64,000 nucleotides of DNA from NCBI GenBank assembly GCA_051362555.1, contig CM120647.1, positions 20,374,651-20,438,650 of the forward strand. Direction: 5' to 3'. Every line of letters begins with the position of its first letter. Within the stretch, counting starts at the first letter, position 1. The DNA comes from Lingula anatina (Eukaryota > Animalia > Brachiopoda). Under the pieces are notes generated by a model. It worked only from the letters and a program-made list of their open reading frames with translations. It did no database searches and was not told the DNA's origin. Shown here one piece after another: positions 55,673-64,000 of the stretch. The translations under genes were made by a program, and so were the position numbers.

Positions 55673-57327
55673 CACTCTTGCCCAAAATGGTTGGTACACG
55701 GAAATTTTGGGAGGCATATTGCCCTGTTTCTTTCATTATTATTGTTATTATCAAATTAATACTGTTTATATTGTTAAATATGTGAAGCTGGAGGATTGGT
55801 AAAGTCAAGGAGAAACAAACAATGCAAATGTGAAAAAAGCGTAAATTTATTTAGGGTATTTTTTCTCATGCCCTCAAAAAGAGTACTTTTTTTGCATAAC
55901 AGTACCAAGTGAAAAATTAAACATTAATGTATACTGTGATTGACAATTAACATGAAATTAGGGGAAATTGTCAAGAAACATCTTCAGAGTTCATTATTAA
56001 TCTAAATAGCGGGCATGCCCACCCCGAGCTTGGATTATGGCCGCCAGACGGCGTGGCATACTGTGAACTAGAGTTACAGCTCTTTGAAGAGGAATTCTGG
56101 TCCATTCATCTTGCAGGGCATCTCGCAGTTCATCTAGATTTGCAGGGGGCACGTTTCTCCTCTGAATGGCACGACCAAGTTCGTCCCACATGTGCTCAAT
56201 TGGGTTTGCACCTGGGCTTCTTGCTGGCTGTGGCATCGGCTGAATGTTGTTTTTTCGAATATAGTCAGCAATTGAGCGGTCTGTTTGGGGAGTTGGATTG
56301 TCATGTTACAATCTAAACTTGTCTCTGTATATTCCTCTTGCGAACGGCTCCAGGTACTGCTGGGGAATGTCTCTGTATCTGGCAGCGTTAAGGTTTTCAT
56401 CCAGAGGAAGCAATGGGCAAATACCGTTGCTGCAAATGGCACCCCAAACATATACAGAACCACCTCCTCCAGCTATGAGAGTACGTAGGCTCCCTGGGGA
56501 GAGGCTGTTAAATGAAAATATCCAGGAAACAATAGCTGGAGGAGGTGGTTCTGTACATGTATGGGGTGCCATTCGGTATATGCCCATTGCTTCCTCTGGA
56601 TGAAAACCTTAACGCTGCCAGATACAGAGACATTCTCCAGCAGAACCTGGAGCCGTTCGCAAGACGGATATACAGAGACAAGTTAAGATTGCAACACGAC
56701 AATCCAACTCCTCAAACAGTCCGCTTAATTGCAGACTTTATCCTACAAAACAACATTCAGCTGATGCCACAGCCAGCAAGAAGCCCAGATGCAAACTCAA
56801 TTGAGCACATGTGGGACGAACTTGGTCGTGCTATTCAGAGGAGAAACCTTTCCCCTGCAAATCAAGATGAACTGCGAGTTGCCCTTCAAGATGAATGGAC
56901 CAGAATTCCTCTCCAAAGAGCTGTAACTCTAGTTCACAGTATGCCACGCCGTCTGGGGGCCATAATCCAAGCTCGGGGTGGGCATGCCCGCTATTTAGAT
57001 TAATAATGAACTCTAAAGACGATTCTTGACAATCCCTCCTAATTTCATATTAATTGTCAATCTCAGTATAAATTTATGTTTAATTTTTCACTTGGTACTG
57101 TTATGCAAAAAAAGTACTCTTTTTGGGGGCATGAGAAAAAATACCCTAAATAAATTTACGTTTTTTTCACATTTGCATTGTTTGTTTCTCCTTGACTTTA
57201 CCAATCCTCCAGCTTCACATATTTAACAATATAAACAGTATTAATTTGATAATATCAATAATAATGAAAGAAACAGGGCGATACGCCTCCCAAAATTTCC
57301 GTGTACCAACCATTTTGGGCAAGAGTG
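55673..57327. mobile_element. Palindromic (foldback) Tc1-family element: two inverted arms of about 800 bp, each a transposase 3' half plus terminal sequence, with a 55-bp spacer
   Basis: TA|CACTCTTGCCCAAAATGGTTGGTACAC ... GTGTACCAACCATTTTGGGCAAGAGTG|TA. Arms are 55673-56476 and 56532-57327. Both strands encode GGGSVxVWGAI and PARSPxANxIEHMWDEL...SMPRRL. Empty site at about 36757. Confidence 0.95.
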
Positions 57328-57980
57328 TAGTATTTCAACTTTATATGCTTTCACAACTAACACAATATTTGTCTTTGTCCACGGTTGTTATTTTAACCAT
57401 ATGTTACATACAGCTGGACTGTTTAAAATAACCTTATTGGTTACTATACAATTTACAAAATTCACTATGATATCTTTTCTCTCTCTATTTACCTATTTAT
57501 TGCTCGAAACGTAGTAATACAGTTTCAGATACTCGACTCAATGCTAATAAAAACGATGTGTATGTTTGTGTGCATTGGTTGGTAGGTTAGTATGACCTTA
57601 CAAAATAAGACAATTTCACTTGTTTAAGCACTTCCTGTCGTGAATTGAAATGAGATGTAAAAACAGTCCCGATGACGTTATTTAAGAACGTCCAAAATGC
57701 CCCCAAAATGATTTAAATGTTGTTTTAGAGGTGTATTACGTGATCAATGTGTACTAAAATGTCCATTGCATTGCCATTCCAGTTTAAATATTATTGAACA
57801 TGGAAGCAGGCGAACTACAATGAGACGTGCATAACAAATTCAAAAAGATTTTATACCCATGTCTCGTTTTAAAACATTTAACTGGTAGGCCCGCATAGTT
57901 TGACATCAGATCATCAGAGAAACTAGCATATGTTTATAGTCTGCCTGCAGCATTCCTACTCTGTTTTCGTGAGAGACACC

Positions 57981-60900
57981 ATGTTTGGACATTTTCTGGT
58001 TGCAGCGTTGGCTTTGACCTGTCGTATTGGTAGCGGATCAGCAGCCCCAGGGTCAGGTATTTAGCTAGATTTAAAATATATGTACGGGACCGGCCAACTG
58101 TATAATATGTTTACGGTACATTGTCAACAATACATGATAAAGCAGAATGCACGTACATATACGCATCATAAAAAGTTTAGTCACTGGCTTAAGCATTTTG
58201 GTAAACTCTCCTTTTTCGCTTGAAGGATTCTGTTAGGTATTAAGGATATTGTAGCCCTTCATTATCATCCAGAAATTAAGTTTTTCCTGCATCTAATTAT
58301 TCAGTAATGCATCTATCTTTGTGCTGATTAAATACAATAAAAAACGTCGGAAATACAAACTGTCGGCGTGCATATTACTCGTTGCAATGTATAAGCATAG
58401 GCAACTCAGAGCTTTAATTGTCAGTAAAAAACCTTTTCTATTTTGAGGTGAGATAGCAATAGGTGTGGGGCATAACTTCATCCCTGAACAAAATTTTAAC
58501 ATTGGCAGAGTTGACCACGAGTGTTTGGGCTACAATCCTTTGCCGTCATGTTGATTTATATGATTTTGATATGGTATAATGAGCCCCTTATTACAGATTT
58601 TGATTAAACAAATGTAATATTTTGCTTTATTAACCATAAATCTTAACTAAGACTTCTAAAAAAGATGCTGGCAGGAGTTTGGAGTTCTAAATGATGTCAT
58701 TATATCGGTGTTAAAACGGTGATCGTGGGTGCTCAGGTAAAGGAGAAGTTTGAGAAACCGATTTTTTCAGATTTTGCCCATAAATCGCAATTATTATGTC
58801 ATCAGTAAGATTACATATGTGTACATGTAAATTGATTTAGTCACTGAACACCGAAGATTTATCTATTATCGAAAATAATGTATGGGATGCATTTAATAAG
58901 GAGTTATGGGCGAAGAGTGACAATATCCTTAAGAAACGGTTGGTCTCCATAGTGTCTTTGATTCAGCAATATGCATCCAAATTTGCAGACCGGTGTGGCA
59001 GGAGTGCACGTCCTAGTAACGCAAGTCCGCCCGGACACTAAGACCTGGGAATGCAAGTCCTAGGGCATGCATTGCTAGGAATGGAAGTCCTAGGACATAC
59101 GTTACTAGGATTCAATGTCCGTAGGACAAAGGCTCCCAAGTAATGTAAGTCCTACTTGTAGTAATGCACGCCCTAATGGGACGTGCGTTCCTGACATTTT
59201 AGTAACGCATGTCCTATATAGTTTACTCCAAGAAATGACATGAATAAATAGATATAGAGACATACTAGTTTTAAAGATATAATAAACGTTTGTTTTATTC
59301 TATTTATATGACATTTTATCTTTATATTTTACAATTTTTTCCGATAGGCAGTTTATATGCATCTTAATGAAAAAACAAAAACAATTAATTTTTATGTGTA
59401 TTCTTCATCTAGTAAACGCAAATTTTGACGTGTTAACGCATATTTTTGGCGTACTCCTCCCTCAGTGCACAATATGTATGAGCCTGGTTTGGCCGATATT
59501 TTCTTAACAAAATAATTCACCATCCAAAGGCATCCCTTACTTTTACCCTGTGAAGTATATGTACAGTATGTACAGTGTATATTATTTTATGTCCTTTTCT
59601 ACTGGGGTGTATATCTTTTGTGTTTTGTGTCGAAATTCTTATTTTCTCTCCCTCCCCCCTTTTTCAAAAGCTTATTCCTAAGAGAAAAATCACTTTACAC
59701 AAAACGCGGGATCTCCGTTCTTAGATTTATATTTCGGATTACACTCGCTGAAATTGAAAAATAACCTCAAACTCGATGGAAATTTGCTCTTGGAAAGTAT
59801 AGGCTGAGATTTAAGCCAAATCATGACAGTTTGGAAATAGAAAATTGCAATATATGTATATAATGTTCTGTAATAACCCTTTGCTATTTTGGTGCTCTGA
59901 CACTTAAAACACAAAACAAAAAAGTAATGAGCACGGTATTTCGAACACATATTAGACATTAAAAAAAAACATTAAACATTTTGCTACTAGTGATAAATAG
60001 GGGTAAGAGGGGGTTATGGTCAAGCCAAAGATAGGTCTCGAACCCATAGATGCAACAGAACGATTGATGATATCTTACCTTGTGGTCTTGCAGGCTAACC
60101 ACTACACAGACGAGCTGAAGTTGCAAACATATCATTTTTGTCTGATATATGGCTCACCAGAAGGATTTCATATACATTTATAGTTTTATCATTTAACAGT
60201 ATTATTGCCTAAAGATAGGACTTTCAAATGGCCGGACTTTTATTACTGTCATATGTGTAACAGGAATAAAAGTCCGACAGTAATACAAATCTAACCTACT
60301 CTAATTATAAGCCAGGAACCTAAGTCCTTGTAGGACTACTATTCCCAAGTAATGTTAGTCTTACGGACAACCATTACCAGTAACCGAGGTCCGAAGCCAG
60401 TATTCATATTTCTGCATTTCCCTGAACCGGATAGCACCCTGTCATGGTCACAACTACACGCGACTACTCCGGATCTGAACGCCTTCACAGCCTGCGCATG
60501 GATCAAAACCATCCGCACCACAAGCGGCCCCATTCTATCCTACGGCTCAAAGAGTTGTCGCCAGTGTATTGAACTTGGATACAGCCCCGTTGGTCACGGC
60601 TACTCGGTTGTTTTGAAAGGCGATGACGTACTGAATAGGTCCCCTCGTGCTGAAGGACCCGTACCAGCCGATGGGAACTGGCACCACTGGTGTGTGGTGT
60701 GGAGTGGTGCCAAGAGAGAGATTAATATGTACAGGGATGGTCTTCACACACTGAGTCGTCCTGTGAACGTTTCACTTATACCTGGAGGTAAGAGCATGGT
60801 TGTTTGAATGCTACATAAAGAATACCTCTGTTTATCCAGCAATTTGATGAAAAATCGTGCATTTCACCTAATTTGGCACAGTTGTGAAGAATGGAAATAT

Positions 60901-61823
60901 AGGGGAAAGGAAAAGGCCAATATTAATGGCTAAAGATGTCATTTAATGACTACATAAAAACAGCGTGCATGTAGTATCAACAACTGCTTCTTGGGCAAAA
61001 TGGCCTCCAAAAGTAAAGAAGCAGTCCACCCGCTAAAGATATCCAGCAACATAGATTCACTTTAACTATAAGCGCGAAATTTGCCACAGTTGTAGAGGAC
61101 TTTTTTTAGCATTTTTAGTTATATGGGCATATCTGAAAATTCCAATGTGGTCGTCAAATACAATATGTCCACCCAAAAAACTTTTTCAAAGTTAACTTAT
61201 CTACATGCATCATTTTTTATATTCTTTAATGGTTAGATAATACCCCTGTATGAATGTATAATTAAAAGCAGTTGCATACTGGAACCATTCCTTAGGCCGC
61301 ATTCACAACTAAAGTTGATCCGTGGACTAACAGATCCACGGATCAAATATGGTTGACCCACTTGAATGCTTACTGCGTAATCCTTGCAGGGAATCTATTC
61401 AGTTTATATCAGGGAGTTATGCGGCAAGTTTTCAAGTCGATCGACCATGATTGATAAGCAGATCAGTTAGTCGGCGGACCAATTTGTTCTGAATGCTCCC
61501 ATAGAAACTTGGACTACAGTTAACAAATATATAGTATGATTGATCGTCCAAGATTTCATATTTGTCTATATCCTCTCCATAACTACTTGATTTCAGGTGG
61601 CAAGTGGGTGGTTGGACACACATATAACGAGGCAACGCCTTATGCACATCCTAGGCATCCATCTTTTGTCGGATTCGTCGGTGGCGTCAACGTCTGGGAC
61701 CGCGATAACGTCGACATCCCCGGCCTGGGAATATGTGCCAATACTAACGAAGGGAGTCTCATATCCTGGGATACTGTCACCAAAACCAACTTCAAGGTCG
61801 CAACATACAAGGAGTATTGTTAA
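57981..61823 (+). CDS. Pentraxin copy 8 (A-type leader); exons 57981-58056, about 60401-60787, 61597-61823; normal exon-2 acceptor deleted, so either a cryptic acceptor is used or it is a pseudogene
   Basis: All exons are free of stops. gccagtattcatatt joins directly to tctgcatttccct, whereas copy 7 has tacttttacaag|gcggtcgggt in between. The CAG ending at 60400 is in the correct phase. Confidence 0.65.
58997..60394. mobile_element. Insertion in intron 1 of copy 8 bounded by arrays of 28-29-bp palindromic units; interior similar to 27815-28730
   Basis: Alignment with copy 5 intron 1 stops at about 58996. Units GGAC-n5-TT(A/C)C-TA-G(G/T)AA-n5-GTCC occur at 59000-59220 and 60333-60392. Confidence 0.6.
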
Positions 61824-63231
61824 AATGTTACCACTACTATTAGATTACTGCAATGTGAGATTGGGCAGTAGTATGGATCACTATTAAAAAGCATTAACAC
61901 TTCTTCCCTTTCCTTTGAATTTAACCTTTGAGATTGAAATTAACTGCATTTTTTAGAATCGACATAACAAGTTAATAAAGAATTGCTGAAAGTGACAATA
62001 TGGATTCGACATGTATATGTGACCCTTTTTTAATTTTGTAATTATTGGAATTTTATAAAAACCATCCAGCCTGTTTCTAACTAATACGTTATCTATTCAC
62101 ACCTACAGTTGTTTTCCACATGACCTCATTTCAAACATGAATATCACAGAATAAGGGCTAAGAAAGAAACATAATGAGAGTGTATGTGAAGATAAAATGT
62201 TTATCTCTCAGTCACTTCTTTTAGTCCTTTGCATTAACTTCTATGACTGACTTGCAACTCGCCACATCACGTCTTTATCAATTAAAATATAACTCTCTCG
62301 ATCAATTACATCTTTACTAATTCATCAATAACAGATTGCAATGTAAATTAATTCTAATGGCTGATGGCTGACTTGCATCCTGCTATATATACAAATACAT
62401 AGATCTGAGTATTTTAAAGCTTAATTCTAGATACATTTTAAATCAGCATACTATTTTCCGTAAGTTTAATCATATCTGACTATATATCTTTAAATCATAC
62501 GTAAGTCACAATGACTATTAATTAAGGGTTCGTTACATATGTTGCAATGAAAACTCTGCCATGTCTGTGAAGATGAGCCGGTATGATTCAAATATCGCTC
62601 TATCCTGTTGTATTATATTTCCAGTTCTTCTCCCATGTCTGATAATACGGCATCCATGTACAGTACCTTACAAAATAGCGGCGCGTTTTTTCACCGCGTT
62701 TTTTAGTCAGCTGTCAAAGGGTTATCATAACGACAAGGCAGTCCGTTGATCTATTTGAATATCGTCACCAGATTTGCAGAAATTGACCAATTAGCATTTT
62801 CTCATGAAAGTTTTCCCTCTCTCAGTATAAAATTGTTAATTTTTGTTGCTGATTTAAAGTAATAATATTGTAAAAAAAATCAATAAACATTTCGTGTTTT
62901 TAGAAAACAGTAAGGTTTAAGTAACAGAACCGCATGGGGTGGTGAGTTATACAACTATTTTTACAATTTTTTTACTCTGAAAATGTTTAATTTCATATTG
63001 CACGTATATGTAGATAAGTAATTGGCAAACATGATACATTTTGGCCAATTAAAGCCTTTTTATCTTCCATAAAAAGAGTGCTTATTTCGAAGCCCTTCAC
63101 CACCACAAATGCACAAACAAACCGAATGAAAATAAATCAAATTTGCCTCAGATCATCAGAGAAACGAGCATTTGTTAACAGTCATACTGCAGTATATTGT
63201 CTTACTTTTCGTTTCTGTAAGGAACACTATC

Positions 63232-63301
63232 ATGTTTGGACATCCTCTGCTTGCAGCGTTAGTTTTGATTTCTTGCATTAACAGTGGAGTCTCAACTCCA
63301 G
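63232..63301 (+). CDS. Exon 1 (signal peptide) of pentraxin copy 9 (B-type); the rest lies beyond the window
   Basis: MFGHPLLAALVLISCINSGVSTP plus G|gtaaat; flanks homologous to copy 6. Confidence 0.8.
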
Positions 63302-63439
63302 GTAAATATATGAATGTAATATGTATGGTATGAATGTAATTGCTGCTTTCCCATCAGGGTACATTATTACAAAGGGGTTGAACTCCCGAGAGGAAGGTAC
63401 GTTGAGTTCACTTTTTTCATTGATGGCAAAACGGAAGTA

Positions 63440-64000
63440 AGTTCACCCTTTCTCTGTTTTTCTAAAGATGCAGTAAAATTAGAACTTTTAAAATCGGAGA
63501 CCGCTTGGTCACGGTAAAATGAGGTTAAAAACCTAGGAGTAATTTTGATAACAGGTGCGATATGGCCGTCGACATCAGTAAAAGATGCAGAGCCGTTTCC
63601 TACGGTCTTTAAAATTTTCCAAACTATTCCATACCATTGGCAAATGTCAAATGGATAGGCCTTCATAACTTCATAACAGTCTACTGTCTGTTCCAAATTG
63701 AAAAACTACAATCTGTCCAAAATGCTGCAGCACGACTACTGACCAAAACCCCTCACAGATCAAATATTTCACCTATTTTATTCAAATTAAGATGGCTTCC
63801 AGTACGAAAGAGAATTGTTTTTAAAATACTGCTGTTTGTTTTTAAATTCACCAGATGCGAATGCCTTTCAATTTTTAATTTTCTTTACTACATCCAAGAT
63901 CAGCCAATCTCACCAGATCCGCCAGATCCACCTCTACTCTTTGCTTTACCAGGATAGACAAAGAAATATAAAACCTACGACCACAGGCCATTTTCAATTG
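63440..64000 (+). mobile_element. Same LINE remnant in intron 1 of copy 9
   Basis: KLQSVQNAAARLLTKTP...LRWLPVRKRIVFKILL; aligns with 43200-43770. Confidence 0.8.

Noticed and set aside
59000-59220. CRISPR-like array of palindromic repeats
   Set aside because: Units are degenerate and adjacent with no unique spacers, there are no cas genes, and the context is eukaryotic.

Overview
AT-rich, intron-containing eukaryotic DNA, probably an invertebrate animal (not assignable further from sequence alone). The ORF track therefore shows mostly exon fragments. The dominant feature is a + strand tandem array of at least 9 copies of a three-exon gene for a secreted single-domain pentraxin-like protein of about 227-230 aa. 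Six copies are intact by manual splicing, one has lost its normal exon-2 acceptor, one is a deletion pseudogene and one is cut by the window end; extra orphan exon-1 and intron fragments lie between them. The proteins keep the pentraxin core, but Arg/His/Cys-containing loops replace the Ca2+-binding residues. These loops are the most variable parts and show a compensatory cysteine switch between copies. A three-exon Golgi carbohydrate sulfotransferase gene precedes the array, and a decayed piece of its 3' end recurs inside it. A single-exon class A GPCR interrupts the array on the - strand. Mobile DNA includes Tc1/mariner elements (one a 1.65-kb near-perfect palindrome built from two transposase 3' halves), LINE remnants and several MITE families. 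All gene models come from hand inspection of splice sites and reading frames; no database search was possible.
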